Source: an uncultured Chlorobiales bacterium
GTDB lineage: Bacteria > Bacteroidota > Chlorobiia > Chlorobiales > Thermochlorobacteraceae
Assembly: GCA_938003965.1 (NCBI GenBank)
Contig: CALKXI010000024.1
Coordinates: forward strand, 6,089-70,088
Reading direction: 5' to 3'
Length of the DNA: 64,000 nucleotides
Shown here: positions 47,741 to 58,941 of the stretch, in pieces
Layout: every line of letters starts with the position of its first letter
Position numbering within the stretch: the stretch's first letter is position 1
The notes under the pieces: model-generated
What the model was told of the DNA's origin: nothing
Seen by the model: the letters and a program-made list of their open reading frames with translations, nothing else
Database searches by the model: none
Program-made: the position numbers and the translations under genes

Positions 47741-49267
47741 TCAGTTCCAGTTGCGCAGCACTTCGGCAAGCAAGCGCACGCCAAAGCCCGAACTGCTTTT
47801 TGCACCGCTCGAGCCCATCGACGGGAACGACGGTCCTGCAATGTCTAAATGTGCCCATGCTTTATGGTCGCCGATGAATTTTTCGAGGAACTTCGCTGCT
47901 GTGATTGCGCCTGCGCCTTTACCACCTGTGTTTTTGATGTCAGCAACTTCGGATTTAATTTGCTTATCGTAATCGTCCCACAGTGGCATTCGCCATACTT
48001 TTTCGCCAGAGCGCATCCCTGCTTTTGAAAGTTTTTCGGCGAGGTCGTCGTTGTTAGTGAAAAGCCCTGCTGCTTGATAGCCGAGTGCAATCACACAGGC
48101 ACCCGTGAGCGTGGCAAGGTCAATAATGACATCAGGGGCGTATTCTTCTTTCGCATATGTGAGCGCATCGGCTAAAATGAGCCGTCCTTCAGCGTCAGTG
48201 TTATCAACCTCGACGGTAATGCCAGAGTAGGTTGTCAGAACATCGCCAGGATTTTGCGCTGTGCCGCTGGGTTTATTGTCAGTTGCAGGAATCAATCCAA
48301 TCACGCGAATTGGGAGTTTAAGGCGTGCTGCAATTTCCACCGCGCCAATCACATCTGCCGCGCCTGACATATCGGACTTCATATCGCTCATGTTTTCCGA
48401 TGGTTTAAGCGAAATACCGCCAGTGTCAAACGTAACGCCCTTACCGACGAGAGCAATCGTTGCCTTAGGCTTGCCCTCAGGCGTGTAATCAAGAATTGAA
48501 AATGTTGGCGGCTCATTGCTTCCTTGATTGACACCGAGCAATCCGCCCATTTTGAGTTGCTGAATTTTCTTTTTGTCAAACACGGTTACCTTGTAGCCGT
48601 ATTTTTTGCCTGATGCTTTTGCAGCATTAGCAAGTTCAGTTGCGTTCATGTAGTTACTGGGCGAATTGATAAGGTCGCGCACCATAGATTGTGCAGAGCC
48701 AATCACTTCGCCGACCTTCGCGCCACTTTCAACGGCTTTCAATGAGGCGGCACTTGTAATCAAAACGAGTTCTTTGAACTCAAACTTCGGTTCGCTTTTG
48801 TGCTTTTTATCTTTCAGTGCTTGGATGCGGTCGGTTTTGAGTTTATTGTAGTCGTAAAGTCCAAGTTCAAATCCTTCAACTACCGCTTGTGCAATGTAAG
48901 ATTCTTCTTCTTGCATTTCGCTGGCGATTGCATTGATTTCTGTCAGGTTAATGCCAACTTTTGGAAGTTTCATTTCTCTGATTTTTGTTGCCATTGATGC
49001 CGCACTTTTGCGCACTGCATCGAGCGAGAATTTCTGCCCTACCCCCAAAACAAAAACGCGCTTTGCTTTGAAGTTTTCCTTTTGCGGATAAAGGATAAGC
49101 ACTTCTCCTTCTTCGGCTTTGAAATCACCATTGAGCCCTGCAGCCACGATGCCTGCCATTGCATTCAGAGCAGTTAAACTTTTTTCTTTTGATGCTCTCG
49201 GAACAAAAAAACCAATCGCCTCGAGCGCGAGCGTGTTAGGTTCGGCTTTGGATACGGAGACTTTCAT
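47741..49267 (-). CDS. pepA: leucyl aminopeptidase (M17)
   Basis: 508 aa, with M17 signature NTDAEGRL ([16 protein letters not shown]) and metal-ligand context [11 protein letters not shown]. Confidence 0.95.
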   Translation of the reverse strand: MKVSVSKAEPNTLALEAIGFFVPRASKEKSLTALNAMAGIVAAGLNGDFKAEEGEVLILYPQKENFKAKRVFVLGVGQKFSLDAVRKSAASMATKIREMKLPKVGINLTEINAIASEMQEEESYIAQAVVEGFELGLYDYNKLKTDRIQALKDKKHKSEPKFEFKELVLITSAASLKAVESGAKVGEVIGSAQSMVRDLINSPSNYMNATELANAAKASGKKYGYKVTVFDKKKIQQLKMGGLLGVNQGSNEPPTFSILDYTPEGKPKATIALVGKGVTFDTGGISLKPSENMSDMKSDMSGAADVIGAVEIAARLKLPIRVIGLIPATDNKPSGTAQNPGDVLTTYSGITVEVDNTDAEGRLILADALTYAKEEYAPDVIIDLATLTGACVIALGYQAAGLFTNNDDLAEKLSKAGMRSGEKVWRMPLWDDYDKQIKSEVADIKNTGGKGAGAITAAKFLEKFIGDHKAWAHLDIAGPSFPSMGSSGAKSSSGFGVRLLAEVLRNWN

Positions 49268-49288
49268 TGTGATAGGCTTAGTTTGAAA

Positions 49289-50359
49289 TTAGGTTTGATG
49301 GTTATGAGTGTTTTGCAGCAAGTTGATTGAAACGACCGTCAGTTTCTCAATCGCTTCTTGAAGTGAGAAAGGCATAATGCAGCCTGCAGCATTTTTATGT
49401 CCGCCTCCACCGTATTGCATCGCAATTTCATTGACAGCTAAATCGCCACGAGAGCGCATGCTCACTTTGGTTTGCCCATCAGGCAGCTCAATAAGCAAGA
49501 GACTGATGCGTGTGGTAGGTATGCCAACCATGTAGTCCAAGAGGCGTTCAGTGTCGGTCAAACTTGTCTCGGTTTCATTTAACATCGCTTGCGTGATGAG
49601 CATATATGCGAGCCGATTTTCCTCCAAGAGTTTGATGCTTCCGATGCCGTAGCCGATAAGTTTGAGTATATTTTCGGTCAGTGTGTTGTAAATCTTCTCG
49701 TAAATCTCCATCGGCGAAATGCCTGTCTCCAAAAGTTCGGCAACAATGCGGTGAACGTGCGGCGTTGTCTTCGGCAGTTTGAACGAGGCAGTGTCGGTCA
49801 TGATGGCGGTGTAAAGTCCTGTAGCAACATTTTTATCAATCAGAGTTTTGCCATAGCACTTTTCTATTGCTTTGATGAGTTCATATATCAGTTCGCCTGT
49901 TGCGCATGCCTCTGAAAAGCACACCATTGCGTCGGCAAAGTCTTCTGGGTGAAGATGATGGTCGATGCACAACACTTTTTGACCTTGTTTCCGCAGCTCT
50001 AAAACAATTGGCTTCATGGCGCGTGTTCTGCCGATGTGGTTCGTATCAAGAAGTATGAACAAATCGGCTTGCTCCAATCGCCCTCGATGCTCGGCTGAAT
50101 CTTCTCGAAAAATCAGTGCATCGGATAGATAAGGCAGGAATTGATAATTTTTCGGTATGCTTGTCGGATTAATGATACAAACCTCTTTGCCCAATTGGCG
50201 TAAGACGGAAACCATTGCAACCTCACTGCCCAAGCCGTCACCATCCGAGTTTTCGTGGGTTGAAAGTACAATGCGTGTTGCGTTTTCAATCAGTTTCAGC
50301 ACAGGTGTCCAAACGGAAGTTAGCGCAGGATTCTTGACCCCCACAAGCGGGCTCGACAT
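49289..50359 (-). CDS. nrnA: DHH/DHHA1 phosphoesterase, NrnA-like (oligoribonuclease / pAp phosphatase)
   Basis: 356 aa, with motifs HENSDGDGLGS, IDHHLH and the DHHA1 motif GGGGHKNAAG. Confidence 0.8.
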   Translation of the reverse strand: MSSPLVGVKNPALTSVWTPVLKLIENATRIVLSTHENSDGDGLGSEVAMVSVLRQLGKEVCIINPTSIPKNYQFLPYLSDALIFREDSAEHRGRLEQADLFILLDTNHIGRTRAMKPIVLELRKQGQKVLCIDHHLHPEDFADAMVCFSEACATGELIYELIKAIEKCYGKTLIDKNVATGLYTAIMTDTASFKLPKTTPHVHRIVAELLETGISPMEIYEKIYNTLTENILKLIGYGIGSIKLLEENRLAYMLITQAMLNETETSLTDTERLLDYMVGIPTTRISLLLIELPDGQTKVSMRSRGDLAVNEIAMQYGGGGHKNAAGCIMPFSLQEAIEKLTVVSINLLQNTHNHQT

Positions 50360-50441
50360 AACCTTTCACGATAATTTTTCCAAAACGAAATGCCAAGTTA
50401 TCACAAATTCTCCTTTTTTTCAACTAAGGACTTTGCTCACA

Positions 50442-50906
50442 TTAGGTTGAATTTTTCAGCCCAAACCGATTCAGATAATCCTCGAAGCCTAAAATGCGGC
50501 GGGTGTATTCGGATTGCATGAGCGGCGAGGAGATGATGAAATCAGCCGTGGCGCGATTGCACGCAACAGGAATGTTCCACAAAGTCGCCAAGCGAATGAG
50601 GGCTTTGACATCGGGGTCGTGTGGTTGTGGCTCGAGTGGGTCCCAAAAGAAGAGCAGGCAGTCGAGTTCGCCCTCGGCGATTTTCGCGCCGATTTGTTGG
50701 TCGCCACCGAGCGGTCCGCTTTTGAACTTCATAACAGGCAAACCAACTTCACGCTCGATGAGCATACCTGTTGTTCCTGTGGCGGAAAGATGATGACGCT
50801 CGAGCGTGGCTTTATGCTCGCGCACCCAATCAATCAGCTCGCTTTTGCGGTTGTCGTGTGCGACGAGCGCGATGCGCTTTTGCGTGGCGATTGGAAGATG
50901 TTGCAT
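50442..50906 (-). CDS. mgsA: methylglyoxal synthase
   Basis: 154 aa, with IALVAHDNRK, ATGTTG and GPLGGDQQIGA motifs. Confidence 0.9.
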   Translation of the reverse strand: MQHLPIATQKRIALVAHDNRKSELIDWVREHKATLERHHLSATGTTGMLIEREVGLPVMKFKSGPLGGDQQIGAKIAEGELDCLLFFWDPLEPQPHDPDVKALIRLATLWNIPVACNRATADFIISSPLMQSEYTRRILGFEDYLNRFGLKNST

Positions 50907-50971
50907 AGAGAAAATCAGTTAAGCCGAGCCGTAAGGCCGTACGGACTGTTCGAGATATTTGCGTATGGCTG

Positions 50972-53431
50972 TTATCTCTCCTCTTTATTTTCTGACGATT
51001 CGTCGCTTTCTTCTTTCGGCACGCGCGCAACAGCGCTCACCTTGTCGCCTTCTTCCAAGCGAATGAGTCGCACGCCTGAGGTGGCTCTGCCCATCACGCG
51101 AATGTTCTCGACGTGTTGGCGATTCACAATGCCATTTGAAGTGATGATAATCAGGTCGTCTGAGTCTTTGACTTCGAGCATGGCGACCAGTTTTCCGACC
51201 TTTTCGTTGGATTTGAGCGTAATCACGCCAGCCGCGCCGCGCTTGGTCATTCGATATTCTTCCAACTCGCTGCGCTTGCCGTAGCCCAAGTCGGTAACGG
51301 TGAGCAGGGTTACATCGGTGTGGCGCGTCGTAACGAGCGAGACGACCGCTTCCTCCTTATCCACTTCCGCACCTTTGACGCCGGTTGCGCTTCGTCCCAT
51401 CGGTCTGACATCGCGCTCGTGGAATCGGACAGCGTAGCCCGAGCTTTTCGCTAAAATTACTTGATGCTCGCCATCGGTGAGCGTTGCGCCGATAAGTTCA
51501 TCACCTTGCTCAATGTTAATAGCGATAATGCCCGTTTTGCGTGGGTTGGCGTATTCAGAGAGCGGCGTTTTCTTAATTATGCCGTTCTTCGTCGCCATTA
51601 AAACAAATTGCGACTCGCTAAACTCTTTGACATTGATGTAAGCACGAATGGTTTCGCCTGATTCAAACTCAATGAGGTTGTTCAGCGAGCGACCGCGCGA
51701 GGCTCTACTGCCTTCAGGAATTTCATAGACCTTTAGCCAGTAGCACTTGCCTTTGCCCGTGAAGAAAAGAATGTATTGATGCGTTGAGGCAATGAACATG
51801 TGCTCGACGAAGTCGTCGTCTTTGGTTGCTGCACCAGTAATGCCCTTGCCGCCACGACCTTGTCGCTTGTAGGTGTCGACCGTCGTGCGCTTGATGAAGC
51901 CGTTGTGCGTAATGGTAATCACGACGTCTTCGTTTTTAATCATGTCCTCGATTTTGAAGTCTTCGGCTTTCATGACGATTTCGGTGCGTCGCTCGTCGCC
52001 GAATTCCTTCTTCACTTGCTTTAGTTCATCTTTGATGAGTTTGTATTGCAGTTTCTCGCTCGAGAGAATGGCGTTCAGTTGCTCGATAAGTTTAATGACG
52101 TCGCGGTATTCGTCCTCGATTTTTTGGCGCTCTAAGCCTGTGAGCCGTTGCAAGCGCATATCGAGAATGGCTTTGGCCTGAATTTCCGAGAGTTTGAATT
52201 TTTCCATTAAGCCTTCACGCGCTTCGTCGCCATCTTTGGCGGCGCGAATGAGTTTGATAATAGCGTCAAGGTTATCGAGCGCGATTTTCAAGCCTTCCAA
52301 GATGTGTGCCCGCTTTTCGGCTTCGGCAAGGTCAAACTTTGTGCGTCGAATTACGATGTTGTGACGATGCTTCACATAATAGTGAATCATCTCTTTGAGG
52401 TTGAGCACGCGCGGCTGTCCGTCAACGAGCGCAAGCATAATCACGCCGAAGGTTTCTTGCATTTGGGTGTGCTTGAAGAGGTTATTCAAAACCACTTGCG
52501 TAACGGCGTCGCGCTTGAGCATAATGACCAGCCGCATGCCGTCGCGGTCGCTTTCATCGCGCACATCAGCAATGCCTTCAATTTTTTTCTCATTGATAAG
52601 TTCGGCGATTTTTTCTTGCAAGCGTGCTTTATTGACTTGATAGGGCAGTTCCGTTACGATAATCGATTCGCGGTCGTTTTTTTCGTTAGTTTCGATGTTC
52701 ACCCTTGCACGAATGACGATTTTACCGCGCCCTGTTTGGTATGCCTCTTTGACACCATCGTAGCCGTAAATAATCCCGCCCGTTGGAAAATCAGGCGCTT
52801 TGATGTGCTTCATCAACTCCTCAATCGTAATGTTGCGATTATCAATGTAGGCGATAATGCCGTCGATGACTTCCGACAGGTTGTGTGGCGGAATGTTGGT
52901 TGCCATGCCGACAGCGATACCCGTTGAACCATTAACGAGCAAGTTCGGCATGGCCGAGGGCAAGACCGATGGCTCTTCCAAACTGTCGTCGAAGTTTGGC
53001 TGAAAGTCAACGGTGTTTTTATCAATATCGCGGAGCATTTCGGCCGCAATGCGCGTCATACGCACTTCGGTGTAGCGCATTGCCGCAGGTGCATCTCCAT
53101 CAATCGAGCCGAAGTTGCCTTGCCCGTCAATGAGCGGATAGCGCATTGAGAAATCCTGAACCATTCGCACAATCGTATCATACACAGCGCTGTCGCCATG
53201 CGGGTGATATTTTCCGAGCACTTCGCCCACCACACGCGCCGACTTTTTGTAGGGTCGCCCTGCCTGCAATCCAAGTTCCGACATGCCAAACAATACACGC
53301 CGATGCACAGGCTTTAGCCCATCACGAACATCAGGCAAAGCGCGGCTGACAATGACCGACATGGAATAATCGATGAACGAATCGCGCATTTCGTCCTCGA
53401 CATTGATTGGAACAATTCTTTCTCTTTGCAT
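50972..53431 (-). CDS. gyrA: DNA gyrase subunit A
   Basis: 819 aa. It has the active-site Tyr context [10 protein letters not shown], the QRDR-like [11 protein letters not shown], and a C-terminal beta-pinwheel with an acidic tail. Confidence 0.95.
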   Translation of the reverse strand: MQRERIVPINVEDEMRDSFIDYSMSVIVSRALPDVRDGLKPVHRRVLFGMSELGLQAGRPYKKSARVVGEVLGKYHPHGDSAVYDTIVRMVQDFSMRYPLIDGQGNFGSIDGDAPAAMRYTEVRMTRIAAEMLRDIDKNTVDFQPNFDDSLEEPSVLPSAMPNLLVNGSTGIAVGMATNIPPHNLSEVIDGIIAYIDNRNITIEELMKHIKAPDFPTGGIIYGYDGVKEAYQTGRGKIVIRARVNIETNEKNDRESIIVTELPYQVNKARLQEKIAELINEKKIEGIADVRDESDRDGMRLVIMLKRDAVTQVVLNNLFKHTQMQETFGVIMLALVDGQPRVLNLKEMIHYYVKHRHNIVIRRTKFDLAEAEKRAHILEGLKIALDNLDAIIKLIRAAKDGDEAREGLMEKFKLSEIQAKAILDMRLQRLTGLERQKIEDEYRDVIKLIEQLNAILSSEKLQYKLIKDELKQVKKEFGDERRTEIVMKAEDFKIEDMIKNEDVVITITHNGFIKRTTVDTYKRQGRGGKGITGAATKDDDFVEHMFIASTHQYILFFTGKGKCYWLKVYEIPEGSRASRGRSLNNLIEFESGETIRAYINVKEFSESQFVLMATKNGIIKKTPLSEYANPRKTGIIAINIEQGDELIGATLTDGEHQVILAKSSGYAVRFHERDVRPMGRSATGVKGAEVDKEEAVVSLVTTRHTDVTLLTVTDLGYGKRSELEEYRMTKRGAAGVITLKSNEKVGKLVAMLEVKDSDDLIIITSNGIVNRQHVENIRVMGRATSGVRLIRLEEGDKVSAVARVPKEESDESSENKEER

Positions 53432-53479
53432 GGCTTTGAAATGGTTAAATCAGGCAGAATGAAAAATATACGCATTATA

Positions 53480-55162
53480 TCACATTCGTTCAGGTGCGCA
53501 AATGCCCAGCATCTTGAAGCCATTGCGCAAGACTTGGCGCGTCGCTAATGCAAGCAACAAGCGCGATTTCATTACTGGCTCTTCCTCGCCGACAATTCGG
53601 CACTCTTGATAAAACTTGTGGAAGCGTTCCGCCACGCCGTTCAAATACATAATCATCTTTTGTGGCTCGAGCGAATTTGCTGCGTAGCTTACTGCATCAG
53701 GAAAGCGCATCAGTTCTTTGGCTAAATCCAACTCTTCTTTGGCGTTCAACACTTTCACAAAGTCTGGCGAAATGGCTTCAGCGTTCAGCGTTGCTTTTTC
53801 TTCGGCGACGCGAATAATGCCGCAGATGCGCGCATGCGCATATTGCAGATAAAAGACGGGGTTATCGCTCGATTGCTTTTTGGCAAGTTCCAAGTCGAAG
53901 TTCAAATGTGTTTCTTTGGCACGCATAACGAAAAAGAATCGCGTGGCATCAGCACCGACTTCATCGATAAGCGCGTCGAGCGTATCGGCATTGCCTTTGC
54001 GCGTCGACATCTTGACCTGCTCGCCGTTAATAGTTGTGGTTACAAATTGATTGATAGCAACTTTTATGCGCGATGTATCATAGCCTAAGACATCAAGCGC
54101 ACGCATCACATCAGGGTATTCGTCGATGTGGTCAGCACCAAACACATTGACGATTAAATCGAATCCGCGAGTGTATTTCGTGATATGATAGGCAATATCA
54201 GGCAAGCGATAACTCGGCTCGCCGTTCGACTTTACCAGCACGGTATCAACAGGAATTTCTTTTCCATCTTCAACTTTCTTTTTGCCTAAGAGCGACGTCT
54301 TGAACCAAACCGCACCGTCTTTGCGCTCGATAAATCCTTTTTGTTCAAGCATATCGATGACTTGCTCGTTACGGCTTTTGCCGCCTTGCACTTTTTCGTA
54401 GAGCGACTTTTCGTTGAAGAACGAATCGTGCTGAATGCCAAGCCGTAACAGTGTTCGCTTGATGCTGGCGAAAATTTCCGCTTCGGCAAATTCTTTGAAG
54501 AACGACAAGTCCGTTTCGCCTTCGAGCGTGTTGCCCTTTTGAGCGAAAATTTTCTCGGCAATATCCTTGATGTAGTCGCCTTGATAGTAATCGTCAGGGA
54601 AGGAAATGGACTTGCCGCATCGTTCAAGGTAGCGCAGTCGAACAGAATCGGCAAGAAGGCGCATTTGCCTTCCGGCATTGTTGAAGTAATACTCACGCGT
54701 AACGCTGTAGCCTTGTGCTTCGAGTAAGTTTGCAATGCAATCACCGAGCACTGCACCGCGTCCGCGCCCAACCGTGAGCGGTCCGGTTGGATTTGCGCTC
54801 ACATATTCCACAATGGCTTTTTTGCCTACGCCAACGTTTGATTTTCCGAACTGCTCTCCCTGCGCCAAAATCTGCGCCACGCTTTGTTGCAAGAGCGATT
54901 TTGAAAAATAAAAGTTGATGAACCCTGCGCCTGCAACATCTACTCGCTCAATCTGCTCAGGATTGAACTTGAACTTTGAGACCAATTCTTGTGCAATTTG
55001 ACGTGGGTTTTTCTTGAGTTCTTTGGCAAGCGTCATCGCCACATTGCTTGAAGCGTCACCGAACTTTTCATCGTTAGGTTTTTCAATGAGAATTTCGCGC
55101 GTCGGCTCTGCGCCAACTTCTGCGAGGGCTTTTTTGATTTCCTCAATTAAAATCTCTTTCAT
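53480..55162 (-). CDS. argS: arginine--tRNA ligase
   Basis: 560 aa. It has an N-terminal Arg-tRNA-binding domain, the class I HIGH-equivalent SANPTGPLTVGRGRGA, and a DALR anticodon-binding C-terminus ending in PERM. Confidence 0.9.
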   Translation of the reverse strand: MKEILIEEIKKALAEVGAEPTREILIEKPNDEKFGDASSNVAMTLAKELKKNPRQIAQELVSKFKFNPEQIERVDVAGAGFINFYFSKSLLQQSVAQILAQGEQFGKSNVGVGKKAIVEYVSANPTGPLTVGRGRGAVLGDCIANLLEAQGYSVTREYYFNNAGRQMRLLADSVRLRYLERCGKSISFPDDYYQGDYIKDIAEKIFAQKGNTLEGETDLSFFKEFAEAEIFASIKRTLLRLGIQHDSFFNEKSLYEKVQGGKSRNEQVIDMLEQKGFIERKDGAVWFKTSLLGKKKVEDGKEIPVDTVLVKSNGEPSYRLPDIAYHITKYTRGFDLIVNVFGADHIDEYPDVMRALDVLGYDTSRIKVAINQFVTTTINGEQVKMSTRKGNADTLDALIDEVGADATRFFFVMRAKETHLNFDLELAKKQSSDNPVFYLQYAHARICGIIRVAEEKATLNAEAISPDFVKVLNAKEELDLAKELMRFPDAVSYAANSLEPQKMIMYLNGVAERFHKFYQECRIVGEEEPVMKSRLLLALATRQVLRNGFKMLGICAPERM

Positions 55163-55173
55163 GATTGATGCGA

Positions 55174-56733
55174 TTATGTGATGAATACGCCGATTTCTTT
55201 TTCAAACTCTTTTGGTTGTTCTTTACCTTGTAAAACTTCTTGTTTGGAAAACTCTTTGCGAATTGTGCCTTTGTAAAGACAGCCGATTCTATCGGAAAGT
55301 GAGAGCACTTCATCGAGTTCGGCGGAAATGAGCAGAATGGCAATGCCCTTATCACGGGTTTCAATGATTTTGCGGTGAATGAACTCGATTGCGCCGATGT
55401 CGACGCCGCGCGTGGGTTGCGCCAAGATAAGCAGTTTGAGTTGCGGCCGCCCAAGTTCGCGTGCCGAGACGATTTTTTGTTGATTGCCTCCCGAAAGGCT
55501 TCCAATTTTTGCGTCCGTCAGTTTGCTTCGCTCACCGTTTTGAGAAGCGGCACGCACGTCGAAGAGCGTCATCATGTCGAGCGCGTATTGCGCCAGTTCA
55601 TTCCACTTGAAGCCAATTCGTGCAGCAAAGGTCGGCTCACGATGTCGCCCAAAAATTAAGTTGTTGGAGATGGAGTAATCTTTAATGACGCCATACCGCA
55701 GTCGGTCTTCAGGAATATGCGAGATGCCAAGCGAAGCAATTTCGCGTGGCGATTTTCCCAGCAAGTTGATGTTTGCAAATTTAATTTCGCCCGAGAGCAC
55801 ACCGCCGTCGTCTTGCATCCCCCACAAAGCTTTGAGCAGTTCGGATTGTCCATTGCCCTCAACACCTGCAATGCCGTAAATTTCTCCCGCTTTGATTTCA
55901 AAAGAAAGATTGTTAAGCACCTTCACACCCCGCGAATTAGTGTAGCACAAGTTGCGCACCGAGAGCACGACGTCCTTTTCGTGACAAGGCGTCTTTGGAA
56001 CGGAAAGCAACACCTCGCGTCCAACCATCGCACGTGCAAGGGCTTCTTTTGTTGTCTCTTTTGTTGGCATTGTGGCGACAAGTTTGCCCTGACGCATCAC
56101 GCTCACGCAATTTGAAATCGCTAAGACTTCGTCGAGTTTATGCGTGATGATGAGAATCGTTTTGCCGCTTTGAGCAAGCGAGCACAGGGTTTGAAACAGT
56201 TGTTCGGTCTCAATCGGCGTGAGCACAGCAGTTGGCTCGTCCAAAATTAAAATGTCAGCCTTGCGATAAAGCACCTTCAAAATTTCTACGCGCTGCTCTT
56301 CGCCAACGGAAAGCGTGCTGACAAGTGCATCAGGCGAAATGGCAAGTCCGAATTTTTCCGACAAGGCTTTTAGCTCGTTATGAACTTTGTCGAAATCAAT
56401 GATGCCGTGATTGGTTGGCTCATCACCGAGAATGATGTTTTCGGCGACGGTTAAGGTTGGCACAAGCATAAAGTGTTGATGCACCATGCCAATTCCCAAG
56501 CGGATAGCGTCGGTAGGTGAATTGATATGTGCGCGCCTGCCATTGATGAAAATTTCGCCCGATGTCGGTTCATATAAGCCGTAGAGAATTTTCATCAAGG
56601 TCGATTTGCCCGCGCCATTTTCGCCAACAATTGCATGAATCGTGCCTTTCTCGACCGTGAGCGAAATGTCTTCATTCGCATAGAAGTTGCCAAACCGCTT
56701 GGAAATGTGTTTCAGCTCGATTGCAATGGTCAT
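55174..56733 (-). CDS. ABC transporter ATP-binding protein, duplicated ATPase (sugar/nucleoside uptake type)
   Basis: 519 aa with two NBDs. The first has Walker A GENGAGKST; signature motifs are LSVGEEQR and LSGGNQQK. No permease or binding-protein gene is adjacent. Confidence 0.85.
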   Translation of the reverse strand: MTIAIELKHISKRFGNFYANEDISLTVEKGTIHAIVGENGAGKSTLMKILYGLYEPTSGEIFINGRRAHINSPTDAIRLGIGMVHQHFMLVPTLTVAENIILGDEPTNHGIIDFDKVHNELKALSEKFGLAISPDALVSTLSVGEEQRVEILKVLYRKADILILDEPTAVLTPIETEQLFQTLCSLAQSGKTILIITHKLDEVLAISNCVSVMRQGKLVATMPTKETTKEALARAMVGREVLLSVPKTPCHEKDVVLSVRNLCYTNSRGVKVLNNLSFEIKAGEIYGIAGVEGNGQSELLKALWGMQDDGGVLSGEIKFANINLLGKSPREIASLGISHIPEDRLRYGVIKDYSISNNLIFGRHREPTFAARIGFKWNELAQYALDMMTLFDVRAASQNGERSKLTDAKIGSLSGGNQQKIVSARELGRPQLKLLILAQPTRGVDIGAIEFIHRKIIETRDKGIAILLISAELDEVLSLSDRIGCLYKGTIRKEFSKQEVLQGKEQPKEFEKEIGVFIT

Positions 56734-56808
56734 AGAGCAAATGCTATTCTCGAAACGAAAAATTTTCTTTTCTTTGTAAGTCTACAAAACCTGTAATTAT
56801 TCGTTACA

Positions 56809-57153
56809 ATGCGCTACAAACATCATGCTTTCATTTGCACAAATCTCTCGAGTTGTGCGCAACACGAACCTGAGAAAATACAGAAGTATCTGAAATCTCG
56901 TCTCAAAGAATTAGGCTTGCATAAAGACATTCGCGCCAACAAGTCAGGCTGTTTAGACGGCTGTTCCTACTCACCTGTAACGGTTGTTTATCCTGACGGC
57001 ATTTGGTATCGATTGCTCACAGAAGCCGATGCCGAGCGTGTTTTGCAACAGCATCTTATCGGAGGCAAACCAGTTGAAGATTTGATGATTCAGGAACTGA
57101 ATCCGAGCCACACTTTTCAGGCACACTCTGAGTCGATGTCTAAACCATCTTAG
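56809..57153 (+). CDS. thioredoxin-like [2Fe-2S] ferredoxin-domain protein
   Basis: 114 aa. It has Cys pairs FICTNLSSC and GCLDGC, and PVTVVYPDGIWY, typical of this family. Confidence 0.65.
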   Translation: MRYKHHAFICTNLSSCAQHEPEKIQKYLKSRLKELGLHKDIRANKSGCLDGCSYSPVTVVYPDGIWYRLLTEADAERVLQQHLIGGKPVEDLMIQELNPSHTFQAHSESMSKPS

Positions 57154-57409
57154 TTTGATGCGCTTTTCTCGCTCACACGGTTTTGAGCACAGGAATTGCT
57201 ACGGCTTGAAAGTTTTCACCACGCTCGGACGCGGCGCATCGAGTTGATGCTCGCCTATTGAAACCGTCTTTCGTTGACGGCGCACGATGATTGCTTGCAG
57301 TCGCGCCTCCCCTTCTTGCGTGCCCAAAGACACATCGGTGTTCAAGACGATTTGTGCGAGCTGCTGATTATTTGAGTGATGCGTGAGAAAATCGGTAATT
57401 TTATGGTGG

Positions 57410-57856
57410 CTAAACAGGGCTGACGCCTGTATGCCCAAATCCGCCTGTGCCGCGCTTAGTGTCGGAAAGTGCGTCGGCTTCAACAATAGCCACGCGTTCA
57501 TATTTTGCAATCACCATTTGTGCGATTCTATCGCCTTTTTTGACCGTGAACGGCTCTTTGCCATGGTTGATGAGAATAACCTTGACTTCGCCACGATAGT
57601 CAGCGTCAATAGTTCCAGGCGTGTTGAGAAGAGAAATCGCGTGTTTGTGCGCAAGTCCGCTACGTGGTCGCAGTTGGGCTTCGTAGCCGATGGGCAGTTC
57701 AATCGCAAAGCCAGTTGGAATCAAGGCGACGGCTTGGGGTTGGACGACAATTTCCTCGTCGTTGCAGGCGTGAATGTCAAGCCCTGCTGCGTGTTCGGTC
57801 GCATATTTTGGCAGTTGCGCATCGGGGTGAAGGCGAAGAAATTTGACCGTTAGCAT
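57410..57856 (-). CDS. dut: dUTP diphosphatase
   Basis: 148 aa, with [23 protein letters not shown] and C-terminal [10 protein letters not shown] motifs. Confidence 0.95.
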   Translation of the reverse strand: MLTVKFLRLHPDAQLPKYATEHAAGLDIHACNDEEIVVQPQAVALIPTGFAIELPIGYEAQLRPRSGLAHKHAISLLNTPGTIDADYRGEVKVILINHGKEPFTVKKGDRIAQMVIAKYERVAIVEADALSDTKRGTGGFGHTGVSPV

Positions 57857-57924
57857 TAGTTATTACAAAGGCATTGACGAACCCACGTCAATCCACGCAA
57901 ATCCAACGAGACGCCATCAGCACG

Positions 57925-58875
57925 TCAGTTCACCCAGTGAGGGTTTGAGATGCTGGAGATCAAGTTGAGTTCAGGATTGTTGGTGGTAGCTGAATAAATC
58001 ATTTCACCCCATTTCCAAATCACGACTTGATTTCCGCTTGGGCAGGTTTTGCTGTAAAAATTGCGTCCATTTTCGGAGATATATCGCTCGACCTCAGCGT
58101 TGATGGTAGCATTTTTAAGGATGTCGTGTTCGCGAGCAATGTAGATGGCAACAATAGTCTTTGGGTCTTTTTCGTGAACGAATCGCACTTCGCCAACGTC
58201 TGCTGAGCCGAGAGCGGCAACGCGCACCGAGTTTGGTTGAAACGGGCGGACGATAGGAATTACAGGTGGGACGCCAAACACTTTCTCGATATGGTTAGCA
58301 ATCACATTGGCGTCTTTGGTTTGAATGTCAGGGCTTTTCGCTTCAAAAAATAGGCGCACGGTGGCGTCAAAAATGTTTGACTTCGCGCTTGCTTCAAGGT
58401 ATGAAGGCGCATCAAAGACATGGCGTTGTTCGCGCACAAAACTTGCAAAGATGAGCATTGCTAGAACGCAAATCCCTAACGCTACGGCGAAAATCGGATG
58501 CGCTTTGCTGTTTGCATTCGGATTGATGTAAATGGCTTCGAGGAAGGCTCTCTTCCAGCTTTCTATGTTTTTGCTGGGCTGTTCAGCAGTGTTTTGTTGA
58601 GCAGTTAATGCGCTGAATTGTGTCGTAGAGGGGTTCCCTCTTCCGATAGTTTGGCGCGTAATTGCATCAACAAGGCTTTGAGGCGCTTTGAATCTTTTGA
58701 GCTTTTCACGAAGTAACCTTTTTGTCTGCAATTCTGCTTCATATTCAGCACGGCAATGGTCGCATTTTTCAATCGCTTTGAGGAACTCGCGCATTGTTGC
58801 ATCGTCGAGTTCGCCGTCGACGGCAGCTGAAATTAGTGCTTGGGCTTCTCTGCAAGTCACACTTAAAACTCCCAT
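57925..58875 (-). CDS. membrane-spanning anti-sigma factor (zf-HC2-like N-terminus)
   Basis: 316 aa. The N-terminus is CREAQALISAAVDGELDDATMREFLKAIEKCDHCRAEY. There is a single TM helix (IFAVALGICVLAMLIFASFV). It lies directly downstream of the ECF sigma gene. Confidence 0.7.
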   Translation of the reverse strand: MGVLSVTCREAQALISAAVDGELDDATMREFLKAIEKCDHCRAEYEAELQTKRLLREKLKRFKAPQSLVDAITRQTIGRGNPSTTQFSALTAQQNTAEQPSKNIESWKRAFLEAIYINPNANSKAHPIFAVALGICVLAMLIFASFVREQRHVFDAPSYLEASAKSNIFDATVRLFFEAKSPDIQTKDANVIANHIEKVFGVPPVIPIVRPFQPNSVRVAALGSADVGEVRFVHEKDPKTIVAIYIAREHDILKNATINAEVERYISENGRNFYSKTCPSGNQVVIWKWGEMIYSATTNNPELNLISSISNPHWVN

Positions 58876-58941
58876 CGGTTTAGCGTTAGGAAAAAGACTA
58901 CTGTTCCAAGGCTTTGGAACACTTTTACCTCAATAATCGCC

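Noticed and set aside
47608-47841. 78-codon N-terminal extension of the BMC-H ORF given in the track (170 aa).
   Set aside because: The extension overlaps the 3' end of pepA and the pepA hairpin, and is Cys/Arg-rich nonsense. The internal ATG at 47607 has a GGAG site and gives a standard 92-aa BMC-H.
46736-50906. Idea that methylglyoxal synthase (mgsA), 3 kb upstream on the same strand, is the cargo of the BMC shell proteins, since it produces a toxic aldehyde.
   Set aside because: pepA and nrnA plus a hairpin separate them. MgsA has normal length with no encapsulation-peptide-like extension. Nothing in the sequence links them. This is pure speculation.
50514-51284. 256-aa plus-strand ORF spanning mgsA and the 3' end of gyrA.
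   Set aside because: It is antisense to two confidently identified genes and crosses their intergenic gap. No recognisable motifs.
57154-57510. 103-aa minus-strand ORF (57199..57510) and the 256-nt gap between the ferredoxin gene and dut.
   Set aside because: The ATG-initiated part of the ORF overlaps dut out of frame. The non-overlapping 70 codons contain no ATG and no recognisable motif. The gap has only weak imperfect hairpins, so I leave it as unexplained non-coding sequence rather than calling a gene.
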